Positions 43,507 to 51,950 of a stretch of 64,000 nt of DNA are shown piece by piece. Every line of letters begins with the position of its first letter. Within the stretch, counting starts at the first letter, position 1. A program made the translations under genes and the position numbers. The notes under the pieces were generated by a model, which did no database searches, had not been told where the DNA came from, and saw only the letters and a list, made by a program, of their open reading frames with translations. Location: positions 5,593-69,592 of the forward strand of contig SKTZ01000029.1 of NCBI GenBank assembly GCA_007122335.1, in the 5' to 3' direction. The stretch comes from Bacillota bacterium. Lineage in GTDB: Bacteria; Bacillota; Halanaerobiia; B1SED10-174.

Positions 43507-44993
43507 TATATCAGCTACCTGTTCTAATTGTGGTCCAACTTCTTTTGGGTTCTTTTCTTATGCCCATTGTGGGGAGGATTCGCAATCAGCTAATCCCCCA
43601 TATTTCGCTGTTTTTAATGGGTCTCGCCAATGTTTTCTCTATAATTTTACTTTTCCGGGTTGTCCGGGAAGGAAACATTCACTACCACCTTGGAAACTGG
43701 GCACCTCCCTGGGGCATTGAAATTGTTGCAGACCTTTTAGGTGCCTACATGGCAGTTATTATTACGGGAATAAGCTTTTTGGTCCTGGTTTTTGCCTGGC
43801 GGGATATTCAGAGAGAAATAAATTACGCCCTCAGGGGCTGGTTTTATACCCTGGTCCTACTGATTTCCGGGGCAATGGTAGGAATGGTTTTAACCAATGA
43901 TTTGTTCAATCTTTATGTTATGGTTGAAATCGTATCCCTTTGTGGTCCCGCCCTTGTGGCTATCCGGAACAACCGGCTTGCTGTGGAAGCAGGCTTTAAA
44001 TATCTGGTAATGATTGCTCTTGGTTCGGGCCCGATTCTTTTCGGGATTGCTCTAATTTATATGATTACCGGCCATTTGAACATGACTTTCGCCGGCCAGG
44101 AAGTATTAAATGTAATTCATGAATATCCCAGAGTTGCTCTTTTAGCCCAGGCCTTTTTCATCGTAGGTTTTGGGGTTAAGGCGGCCCTTTTTCCCCTGCA
44201 TGTCTGGCTCCCAGATGCTTATACTTCCGCACCTTCCCCCTCAAGTGCTCTTCTGGCCGGACTTGCGGCAAAAGTATATATAGTTGGTTTGACCCGGGTC
44301 CTTTTCAATCTTTATGGAATTGACGTACTTGCTACCACACCGCTTTTTACCATTCTCAAAGTAATGGCGGTGGCAGGGATTATCATGGGTTCAATAATGG
44401 CTCTAAACCAGAAAGATATAAAAAGGTTGGTGGCCTATTCAAGTGTTGCTCAAATTGGGTACATATTCCTGGGGCTTAGCCTGGCTACAGGGTTTAGTGT
44501 AACCGGGGCTATTCTCCACATTTTGAATCATGCCTTAATAAAGTCAATGATGTTTCTCTGCTGTGGAGTAATTATTTACCAGAAAAAAACCAGCAATGTG
44601 GATGAACTGGGGGGAGTGGGGAAGGAATTTCCCATAACCATGATTTGCTTTGGTATTGGTGCTTTTGCCATGGTTGGTATTCCCATGCTCAATGGTTTCA
44701 TTAGCAAATGGTATATCAGCCTGGGAGCCCTGGAATATGGGGGTCTGGCTGGTTTAATGTATTTGCTTGTGATTATTATCAGCAGCCTTTTAAATGGTCT
44801 TTATTATCTACCGGTATTAATTAAAGCCTTTTTGGGTGGGGATTCCCAAAAAGAAACTGTTTTTGATAAAGCACCAATTACTTTGATATTGCCAATTGTA
44901 ATTTTGGCTGCAGGTATAATTATTCTGGGGTTATTACCCTTTGTTCCGCTGCAAATTGCTGCAGACGCGGCCCAGCACTTGTTGGGCCAGTAA
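43503..44993 (+). CDS. mnhD: Mrp subunit D / NuoN/M-like proton-conducting membrane subunit (copy 1)
   Basis: A 496-aa polytopic protein with FGVKAALFPLHVWLPDAYTSAPSP..., KRLVAYSSVAQIGY and HALIKSMMFL. Confidence 0.85.
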   Translation: MIYQLPVLIVVQLLLGSFLMPIVGRIRNQLIPHISLFLMGLANVFSIILLFRVVREGNIHYHLGNWAPPWGIEIVADLLGAYMAVIITGISFLVLVFAWRDIQREINYALRGWFYTLVLLISGAMVGMVLTNDLFNLYVMVEIVSLCGPALVAIRNNRLAVEAGFKYLVMIALGSGPILFGIALIYMITGHLNMTFAGQEVLNVIHEYPRVALLAQAFFIVGFGVKAALFPLHVWLPDAYTSAPSPSSALLAGLAAKVYIVGLTRVLFNLYGIDVLATTPLFTILKVMAVAGIIMGSIMALNQKDIKRLVAYSSVAQIGYIFLGLSLATGFSVTGAILHILNHALIKSMMFLCCGVIIYQKKTSNVDELGGVGKEFPITMICFGIGAFAMVGIPMLNGFISKWYISLGALEYGGLAGLMYLLVIIISSLLNGLYYLPVLIKAFLGGDSQKETVFDKAPITLILPIVILAAGIIILGLLPFVPLQIAADAAQHLLGQ

Positions 44994-45028
44994 AAAACAC
45001 TATGAATTAACAGGAGGAGGCAACCGGG

Positions 45029-46525
45029 ATGGTACAGGGAGTAGAAACGCATTCGCATTTACCGGGATTGGTCGTATTAATTCCAATAATTTTTACTGCA
45101 TTGGTAGGGATTTTCCAGAAAAGGTCATTTTTGCTCCGCAACTGGCTTTTTATTAGCGGCGCGGCAATTACCTTTGCTGGAATGGCTTTGATGGGCTATT
45201 ATGTCCTGCAGGGAAGAATACTGGTTATCAACTATCTTGTGGCCATGTTTCCGTTTACCATTACATTCAGAGTGGATACCCTAAGTTTTCTTATTGGGGT
45301 TGTTGCTGCAGGAGTATGGCTATTGGCTTCAATATATTGCTTGCAGTACATGAAAGATGACCATGCTCCCAACCGTTATTTCCCGGTTCATATTTTTACC
45401 CTGGCTGGTTCGCTAGGGGTATTTCTTGCGGGGAACCTCTATACTTTTTTCCTCTTTTATGAGGTAATGGCTTTTTCCGGTTACTTATTTGTTATCCATG
45501 CTGAAACTCCAGAAGCTTTTAAAGCTGGATCCAGGTACCTGATGGTAACCATCCTGAGTGGTATCCTGGTTTTCACTGGGGTTATTATTACCTATCAGCT
45601 GGCAGGAACTCTTGACCTGGGTTCTTTAGGAATCATTCCCGAGGCCAATGTTGTCTCCCTGATCGCCTTTGTGGCTTTTATAATTGGTTTTGGTTTTAAG
45701 GCGGGTCTTTTTCCGCTGCATACCTGGTTGCCTGCTGCTCACCCGGTTGCGCCGTCTCCAGCGAGTGCTTTGCTTTCTGGGATTTTGATCAAAACTGGAG
45801 CTTACGGAATAATCCGGGTAACCTATAACGTTTACGGGATCGAGATGATGCGGGATACTGGCTGGCCCACTATTCTGCTGATTTTCGCTGCGATTACCAC
45901 TCTTTACGGATCCATGGCTGCTCTGGTTCAGGATAATCTTAAAAGACGTCTCGCTTATTCAAGTATCAGTCAGATCGGATATATACTTATGGGGGGAGCC
46001 CTTCTTACCGAGCGTGGCCTGGCTGGTGATGTTTTTCACATTGTCAGTCATGCGACAATCAAAAGCACCTTGTTTTTAACTGCAGGGGCAATTATTACCA
46101 AGACGGGGATTAAATATGTAAGCCAGATGGCAGGAGTGGGGCGAAAAATGCCCTATACCATGGGGGCTTTTACCCTTGCTGCACTGGCTATGATCGGGAT
46201 TCCACCTTTAAATGGTTTTGTTAGTAAATGGGCCCTGGCCCTGGGTGCTTTAGATGCTGGCCAGCCAGGCTATGCGGTTGTTCTTTTAATCAGTAGTATG
46301 TTGAACGCCCTGTACTATTTACCAATTGTAATTCTTGCTTATTTCCGCAAACCGGAAGAAGGGACAGTTCTTTATGGAGATATGTTGCGTTACGATGAAG
46401 CCAGGGCGAGTATGCTTGTGCCAATTTTAATTCTGGCTCTGAGTTTGGTCATATTCAATATCCTACCTGTTAACCTGCCACTGGTTCTGGCCGAATTCTC
46501 CGCACGGGCCCTTTTCCAGCACTAG
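45029..46525 (+). CDS. mnhD: Mrp subunit D / NuoM-like proton-conducting membrane subunit (copy 2)
   Basis: FGFKAGLFPLHTWLPAAHPVAPSPASA, RRLAYSSISQIGY and HATIKSTLFL. Confidence 0.85.
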   Translation: MVQGVETHSHLPGLVVLIPIIFTALVGIFQKRSFLLRNWLFISGAAITFAGMALMGYYVLQGRILVINYLVAMFPFTITFRVDTLSFLIGVVAAGVWLLASIYCLQYMKDDHAPNRYFPVHIFTLAGSLGVFLAGNLYTFFLFYEVMAFSGYLFVIHAETPEAFKAGSRYLMVTILSGILVFTGVIITYQLAGTLDLGSLGIIPEANVVSLIAFVAFIIGFGFKAGLFPLHTWLPAAHPVAPSPASALLSGILIKTGAYGIIRVTYNVYGIEMMRDTGWPTILLIFAAITTLYGSMAALVQDNLKRRLAYSSISQIGYILMGGALLTERGLAGDVFHIVSHATIKSTLFLTAGAIITKTGIKYVSQMAGVGRKMPYTMGAFTLAALAMIGIPPLNGFVSKWALALGALDAGQPGYAVVLLISSMLNALYYLPIVILAYFRKPEEGTVLYGDMLRYDEARASMLVPILILALSLVIFNILPVNLPLVLAEFSARALFQH

Positions 46526-46541
46526 GAAGGATGTAGATATA

Positions 46542-48956
46542 ATGGTTAATGCAATCGGGCCGAGCATGCAAAACGCGTTGCTTGTAACCGCGATATTTGC
46601 TCCCCTTCTGGCCGCTGGAGCCCTGTTTAAAGTAAGGGTTTTTAAAACGGCACACAAAATTGCTCTTGTGGCAATTGGGCTTGCTGTTGGGGCGTTAGTT
46701 GCTGTTGTTGGGGAGCCGATAGAATTTATCTGGGAAGGTTTCCTCGGGGTAAGATTTGTCCTTGCTCCTGATTACATGGGGATTTTCCTTGCCATTATGG
46801 CCCTTGTTTTATGGTTTCTTTATACTCTTTTTAGCCTTGATTTTATGCAGAGAAGCCATAATTCAATTCGTTTTCTTTTCTTTTCCCTGCTTTCCCTGAC
46901 TGGAACCCTTGGTGTTTTTCTTGCAGGGGATCTTTTTACAATGTTTGTCTTCTTTGAATTTATGGCCTTTGCCTCTTTTCCCCTGGTTATCCATGAGGAG
47001 ACTGAAGAGGCTCACCGGGCGGGCAAACAGTACCTTTATATTGGAGTGCTGGGAGGCCTGACTATTTTGCTGGGCCTTTTTCTGCTGTACCATCGCCTGG
47101 GAACTCTTGTATACAGTGAACTGGGAGGAGCACTGGCTGGTGGGTCCCCGGTGGATATAATAATTATCGCTGGTCTGCTGCTCGGGTTTGCCATAAAGGC
47201 GGGCCTGGTTCCAGTCCACTTCTGGGTACCCCAGGGTTATGTTGCCGCCCCGGCACCTGGTAGCGCAATCCTTTCTGCCGTTCTTAAAAAATGTGGAGTT
47301 TTTGGGATTATCCGTTTGCTCTTTTTAATGGCTCCGATGTTAACTTTCGGGCAGGTAATACTTGGTTTTGGTTTATTAACAATGGTTTTGGGATCGCTAC
47401 TGGCCTTTTTTGAGCATAACGGGAAAAGAATACTTGCTTACAGCAGTGTAAGCCAGGCGGGTTATATTATGGTAGGGTTCGGCGGAGGCGCGATAATGGC
47501 TGAAACTGGAGTAATGGGAGGTCTTGGTTCTTTTTTCCACGTTCTCAACCATGCTCTCTTCAAAGGAAGCCTATTTTTAGCTTTGGGTTATACTTTTCTG
47601 CGAACCCGGGAATTCAATATTTATCGCCTGGGTAACCTCTGGAAGAAGATGCCCTTTACAACCATTTTAGCAGTTGTTTCTGCAGCCGGGCTAATGGGAT
47701 TACCTCTTTTTAACGGTTATCCCAGCAAAACAATGATTCACCACGCCATTACTTTCGCCGAAAGTGAAACTCAAATGGCGATATACGGATATGCTGAAAC
47801 CCTTTTTAATATTGGTGCCGCAGGGACCACTGCTTATTGCATCAAGCTGATTTATAATGTTTTCTTCGCTCCCCGGGAGCCTGAGTTTACAGGGGAAAAA
47901 GAAAAACCCCTGGTTCAGGGGATATTTATGGTTTTAATTGTAGCCATGCTTTTTATCGGGCTGTTTCCAACTCTGACCATGGAAACCATTATTTTCCCCG
48001 CTGCAGGTGCTTTTTTCCTGGACCCTGATTTTGTTGATTATAAATTAGGTGGGTACAATTTTTTCAATGCTTATGATCTGCGGGGGGCTTTTAAAATTCT
48101 TTTAATTGGTCTGGGGTTAACCGCTATCAACCTTGTTTTGGTCAAAAAACGAATAGACCTTCCCCGCTGGTTATCAATTGAAAGGCTTGTTTTGAATCCT
48201 TTAATTAAGGCTTTAGGGGCAATTCTTGGTGCTTCATATTATTTTATTAATAATCGGCTAATGGGTTTTGGGACTGGTCTCGTAGAAGGCTATAAAAAAG
48301 GACTTCCCTTTATTAACCACCTGGATGGCTATGTTGATGAAATAGGAAAGAGAACAGATGATCTTTTTGCCGGATTTGTTTTCAAGACCTCGGGTAGCCA
48401 TGACCAGAGAAAGCTGATCAATCTGATTTTAGATTATGGAAAGGAAGAAAAAGAAGAAGCTGAGCTGCATGGGTTCTGGAATTGGTTAACGGGTGAAGGA
48501 ATTTTACAACCAGTTGATAAAGAGAATGTTGATTCCCCCGATTTTATTGGAAGTGTTGAAGATTTCAGCAAAAGAATTCAGGAAATGATGGAAAAAGAAG
48601 AGTTGACGGAAAAAGAGAAAAATCGCGTAGAAAGACTTTTTGCCCGGCTTATGGCTTTAGAAGAAAAGGGCATTTCCCCAAAAAGTATGGAGGAGAAAAG
48701 TTATCCTCATTTGCGGATTATCCAGCGAATGGAAGAGATATTCCAGTACCTTACGGGGAATATACAAACTGTTGACGGGTTGGAAAAAGACCAGGAAAAA
48801 GCCCGGGTAGACAAGAAAAAAATCGAAAAAAAGAAGGAAGCTCTGGATTCCGGCTGGGGCAAGTGGAGCGTGTTGAACCTTAATTTTGACATGATTATCC
48901 TTGCTGTTACTCTGGTAATTGCGGTTATATTGCTGGTATTTTTTGCCCAGATTTAA
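46542..48956 (+). CDS. NuoL/MrpA-like proton-conducting membrane subunit with unusual charged coiled-coil C-terminal extension ending in one TM helix
   Basis: The N-terminal 500 aa or so contain FAIKAGLVPVHFWVPQGYVAAPAPGSA, RILAYSSVSQAGY and HALFKGSLFL. The C-terminal 250 aa or so are E/K-rich (EKEEAELHGF...EKEELTEKEKNRVERLF...KDQEKARVDKKKIEKKKEA) and end in ILAVTLVIAVILLVFFAQI. Confidence 0.75.
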   Translation: MVNAIGPSMQNALLVTAIFAPLLAAGALFKVRVFKTAHKIALVAIGLAVGALVAVVGEPIEFIWEGFLGVRFVLAPDYMGIFLAIMALVLWFLYTLFSLDFMQRSHNSIRFLFFSLLSLTGTLGVFLAGDLFTMFVFFEFMAFASFPLVIHEETEEAHRAGKQYLYIGVLGGLTILLGLFLLYHRLGTLVYSELGGALAGGSPVDIIIIAGLLLGFAIKAGLVPVHFWVPQGYVAAPAPGSAILSAVLKKCGVFGIIRLLFLMAPMLTFGQVILGFGLLTMVLGSLLAFFEHNGKRILAYSSVSQAGYIMVGFGGGAIMAETGVMGGLGSFFHVLNHALFKGSLFLALGYTFLRTREFNIYRLGNLWKKMPFTTILAVVSAAGLMGLPLFNGYPSKTMIHHAITFAESETQMAIYGYAETLFNIGAAGTTAYCIKLIYNVFFAPREPEFTGEKEKPLVQGIFMVLIVAMLFIGLFPTLTMETIIFPAAGAFFLDPDFVDYKLGGYNFFNAYDLRGAFKILLIGLGLTAINLVLVKKRIDLPRWLSIERLVLNPLIKALGAILGASYYFINNRLMGFGTGLVEGYKKGLPFINHLDGYVDEIGKRTDDLFAGFVFKTSGSHDQRKLINLILDYGKEEKEEAELHGFWNWLTGEGILQPVDKENVDSPDFIGSVEDFSKRIQEMMEKEELTEKEKNRVERLFARLMALEEKGISPKSMEEKSYPHLRIIQRMEEIFQYLTGNIQTVDGLEKDQEKARVDKKKIEKKKEALDSGWGKWSVLNLNFDMIILAVTLVIAVILLVFFAQI

Positions 48957-48972
48957 AAACCGGGGAGGCGAA

Positions 48973-49437
48973 ATGAATATTAAACATTTTATTGTGAATG
49001 TTGAAGCAGTAATTTCCCGTGGGGACAAGTGGTTGATAATTAAACGGAGTGAAAAGGAAGACCACGCACCTGGAGCCCTTGCTCTGGTGGGGGGGAAGGT
49101 AGAGGTTGACAAAGGAAATGTTATCGAAGATGTTTTAGAAAAAACTCTACACCGGGAGATTGAAGAAGAAGTCGGTATTGAGATAGAAAAAGATCTAGAG
49201 TATGTGGAAAGTAAATTTTTTGTCGCCGATGACAATCAGCCTGTTGTTGACCTTGTTTTTTTATGTCAATATAAAAGCGGTGAGGCAACTCCCGCAGACC
49301 CAGAGGAAGTTGCTGATGTATTCTGGAAAACCGAAGATGAGATCTTGGCAGATCCCAATACACCAGAATATTTAAAAAGGAGTTTGCAGAAAGCTTGGGA
49401 AGTAAAAAATGAAATGGATCCAGGATTAAATTCCTGA
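48973..49437 (+). CDS. NUDIX hydrolase
   Basis: Nudix box GGKVEVDKGNVIEDVLEKTLHREIEEEVGIEI. GGGGAGG RBS before ATG 48973. Confidence 0.85.
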   Translation: MNIKHFIVNVEAVISRGDKWLIIKRSEKEDHAPGALALVGGKVEVDKGNVIEDVLEKTLHREIEEEVGIEIEKDLEYVESKFFVADDNQPVVDLVFLCQYKSGEATPADPEEVADVFWKTEDEILADPNTPEYLKRSLQKAWEVKNEMDPGLNS

Positions 49438-49470
49438 CTCCCCAGGGGGATTGGATTCTCCTGGGAATAA

Positions 49471-49500
49471 AAAAAGCTCCCGTATGAGGGAGCTTTGTTT
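49471..49500. terminator. Bidirectional terminator between the NUDIX gene and tRNA-Leu
   Basis: AAAAAGCTCCC-GTATGA-GGGAGCTTTGTTTT. Confidence 0.75.
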
Positions 49501-49504
49501 TAAG

Positions 49505-49591
49505 TGGTGCCGAAGGTGGGATTCGAACCCACACGAAGGTAACTTCACACGACCCTGAATCGTGCGCGTCTGCCAATTCCGCCACTTCGGC
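49505..49591 (-). tRNA. tRNA-Leu (anticodon CAG), class II with long variable arm, CCA encoded
   Basis: The reverse complement is GCCGAAGTGGCGGAATTGGCAGACGCGCACGATTCAGGGTCGTGTGAAGTTACCTTCGTGTGGGTTCGAATCCCACCTTCGGCACCA. It has acceptor GCCGAAG/CTTCGGC, anticodon stem CACGA/TCGTG with loop TTCAGGG (CAG), T-arm GTGGG-TTCGAAT-CCCAC, and a 3' CCA. Confidence 0.9.
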
Positions 49592-49601
49592 TTACACATA
49601 T

Positions 49602-49630
49602 AATATAAAGTATCGTGGTCTCCTTGTCAA
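49602..49630 (-). promoter_or_regulatory. Sigma-A promoter of tRNA-Leu
   Basis: The minus strand reads TTGACA, 17-nt spacer, TATATT, ending 10 nt before the tRNA 5' end. Confidence 0.65.
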
Positions 49631-49782
49631 GGAATATCTGGTATTTTTGGCAGGAATAATGTGCTTTATGACGAATTGAAAAAGGTGGGTGTTTAACAGG
49701 AAAGAAAATTATTAGGCAAGTGGGATGGATTGGTTTTGCGAGGATTGAAAAATATTTTTGGTGCGAGGAGGGCAGGTTCTAT

Positions 49783-50232
49783 ATGAGCAAGGATCTGGTC
49801 GCAGAAAAGTCAAACCTTATTAAGGTGTTACAGACGGAGCAAAAGAAGGAAGGTTTTATCTCTGATGCTGCAATAGAGAGAATAGCTGGAGAATTTAACC
49901 TTCCTGTTGTAGAGGTTGAAGGTGTTGTGAGTTTTTATACCCAGTTCAAAAGGGTTCCCCCGGGCAAATACCAGATTATGGTTTGTGATGGGACTGCATG
50001 TCATATTATCGGTTCAACCCTGATCTTGAACTGGCTTACTGACGAACTTGGCATAAAAGACGGGGAGACCGATGAAGAAGGTCTCTTTTCTTTGGAAAGC
50101 GTTGCCTGCCTGGGTTGTTGCAGTTTAGCCCCGGTAATCAGCATTAACGGCAAGGTCTATGGTAAGCTTGATCGCAAAAAACTATTAAAAATTGTAGCAG
50201 ACTTTCGGAAAAAGGAGGCAGCTGGATCATGA
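49783..50232 (+). CDS. NuoE/HydC-like [2Fe-2S] subunit (second copy; StnA-like)
   Basis: LIKVLQTEQKKEGFIS...MVCDGTACHIIG...SVACLGCCSLAP. ATG 49783 after GAGGAGGG. Confidence 0.8.
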   Translation: MSKDLVAEKSNLIKVLQTEQKKEGFISDAAIERIAGEFNLPVVEVEGVVSFYTQFKRVPPGKYQIMVCDGTACHIIGSTLILNWLTDELGIKDGETDEEGLFSLESVACLGCCSLAPVISINGKVYGKLDRKKLLKIVADFRKKEAAGS

Positions 50233-51950
50233 TAAAAAGAATTAAAGTGGGGATGGCCAGCTGTGGTATTGCTGCCGGAGCAGGTGAAGTGCTGGAATTA
50301 CTGCAGGAAATGGCCGGAGATAATAAAGTTGTTGAAGTTGGTTGTATCGGACACTGTTATGCTGAACCTCTTGTTGAAGTTGAAACAGATTCCGGGGACT
50401 ATATTTTTGAAAAAGTCCAACCCAAGGAAGAAGACCTGCAGAAGATTATTGACCTGGATGAATTTTCTCGCTTTCAACCCCATTCCCCGCGTGTTGATAA
50501 AGAAAGACAATTGATTACCTCTCTCGCCGGGAAAATTGTTCCCACCTCTCTTGAGGAATACAGGGCTAACAAAGGATACGAGGGCTTGAAAAAAGCTCTG
50601 GAAATGGAACCGGATGCAATTGTTGACGAAGTGAAAACTTCCAAGTTGCGTGGCCGTGGTGGGGGAGGTTTTCCCACGGGATTAAAATGGAGCTTCCTGG
50701 CAGCCAAGGACAGCGAGCAAAAAGTTTTAATTTGCAATGCTGACGAGGGAGATCCGGGGGCTTTCATGGATCGGACTTTAATGGAATCACTTCCCCATCA
50801 GGTTTTGGAAGGAATGTTGATCGGGGCGAAAGCAACTGGTGCCCGCCAATTATTTATTTATTGCCGGGCGGAATATCCCCTGGCAGTAAAAAATTTGAAT
50901 ATTGCGATTGAACAGATTGAAAAAGAAGGCCTTAATATAATCGATGGAGAGCCCGTTAAAATTATGGTTAAAGAAGGAGCGGGGGCATTTGTTTGCGGAG
51001 AAGAAACTGCCCTCATTCACTCCCTTGAAGGGAAGAGAGGGACTCCAAGGTATCGCCCCCCATATCCAACTGACTATGGTTTCCACGGCTATCCCTCGGC
51101 AATAAACAATGTTGAAAGTTTTGCGAATATCCCCCTGATTGTCCGGGATGGAGGGGAAAATTTTGCAGCTACGGGAACCGAGAATAGCACGGGAACAAAA
51201 CTCTTTGCTCTCGCCGGAGACCTGGAGTATTCTGGACTTGTTGAGGTTCCCATGGGAATTTCTATAGGGGAAGTTGTCTACGACATTGGAGGGGCTGAAC
51301 CGGGAAGTGTTAAGGCTGTCCAGATTGGAGGCCCCAGCGGTGGTTGCATTCCTGCGGAACACTTTGATACTCCCATTGACTACGACTCTCTCACTTCCCT
51401 GGGTGCAATTATGGGGTCAGGTGGCTTGATTGTAATTGGAAATAACCGTTGCATGGTTGAAACTGCTCGCTATTTCCTGGAATTTACAACCAGGGAAAGC
51501 TGCGGGAAGTGTACTTTCTGCCGGATCGGAACCAAGCGAATGCTGGAGACTCTGGAAAGAATAACCGGTGGGGAAGGTGGTCCCGAAGATGTAGAGCTCC
51601 TCGCTGATCTGGGTAAGAAAATTATTCAGGGATCCTTGTGTGGGCTCGGTCAAACCGCTCCCAACCCGGTGCTTTCTACCCTCAAATATTTCAATAATGA
51701 ATACCTGGCTCACGTCGAAGAAGGCCATTGTGCGGCCATGGAGTGCAAGGCCCTGGTTGATGTTTTTATCGATAGGGAAACCTGCATTGAATGCGGGCAG
51801 TGTATTAAGAATTGCCCCGTTGATTGTATAAGCGAGGATTACGTGATTGATAATGAAATTTGCACCCGCTGCAACAGCTGTATTGAGGTTTGTCCTGTAG
51901 ATGCCATTGCCCGGGTTGCGAAAGGAGGGGAAGTCAGTGTCGGAAATTAA
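50229..51950 (+). CDS. NuoF/HydB-like FMN/NAD(P)H-binding Fe-S subunit (second copy; StnB-like)
   Basis: GRGGGGFPTGLKWSF, CNADEGDPGAFMDR and ESCGKCTFCRIG, plus two C-terminal 4Fe-4S motifs. ATGA overlap with the upstream gene. Confidence 0.9.
   Translation: MIKRIKVGMASCGIAAGAGEVLELLQEMAGDNKVVEVGCIGHCYAEPLVEVETDSGDYIFEKVQPKEEDLQKIIDLDEFSRFQPHSPRVDKERQLITSLAGKIVPTSLEEYRANKGYEGLKKALEMEPDAIVDEVKTSKLRGRGGGGFPTGLKWSFLAAKDSEQKVLICNADEGDPGAFMDRTLMESLPHQVLEGMLIGAKATGARQLFIYCRAEYPLAVKNLNIAIEQIEKEGLNIIDGEPVKIMVKEGAGAFVCGEETALIHSLEGKRGTPRYRPPYPTDYGFHGYPSAINNVESFANIPLIVRDGGENFAATGTENSTGTKLFALAGDLEYSGLVEVPMGISIGEVVYDIGGAEPGSVKAVQIGGPSGGCIPAEHFDTPIDYDSLTSLGAIMGSGGLIVIGNNRCMVETARYFLEFTTRESCGKCTFCRIGTKRMLETLERITGGEGGPEDVELLADLGKKIIQGSLCGLGQTAPNPVLSTLKYFNNEYLAHVEEGHCAAMECKALVDVFIDRETCIECGQCIKNCPVDCISEDYVIDNEICTRCNSCIEVCPVDAIARVAKGGEVSVGN

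Noticed and set aside
48657-49585. Minus-strand ORFs 48657..49235 (192 aa) and 49121..49585 (154 aa).
   Set aside because: The first is antisense to the Mrp L-like tail and the NUDIX gene. The second begins inside tRNA-Leu (its 'MAELADAHDSG' is the tRNA sequence translated) and runs antisense through the NUDIX gene. Both are artefacts.
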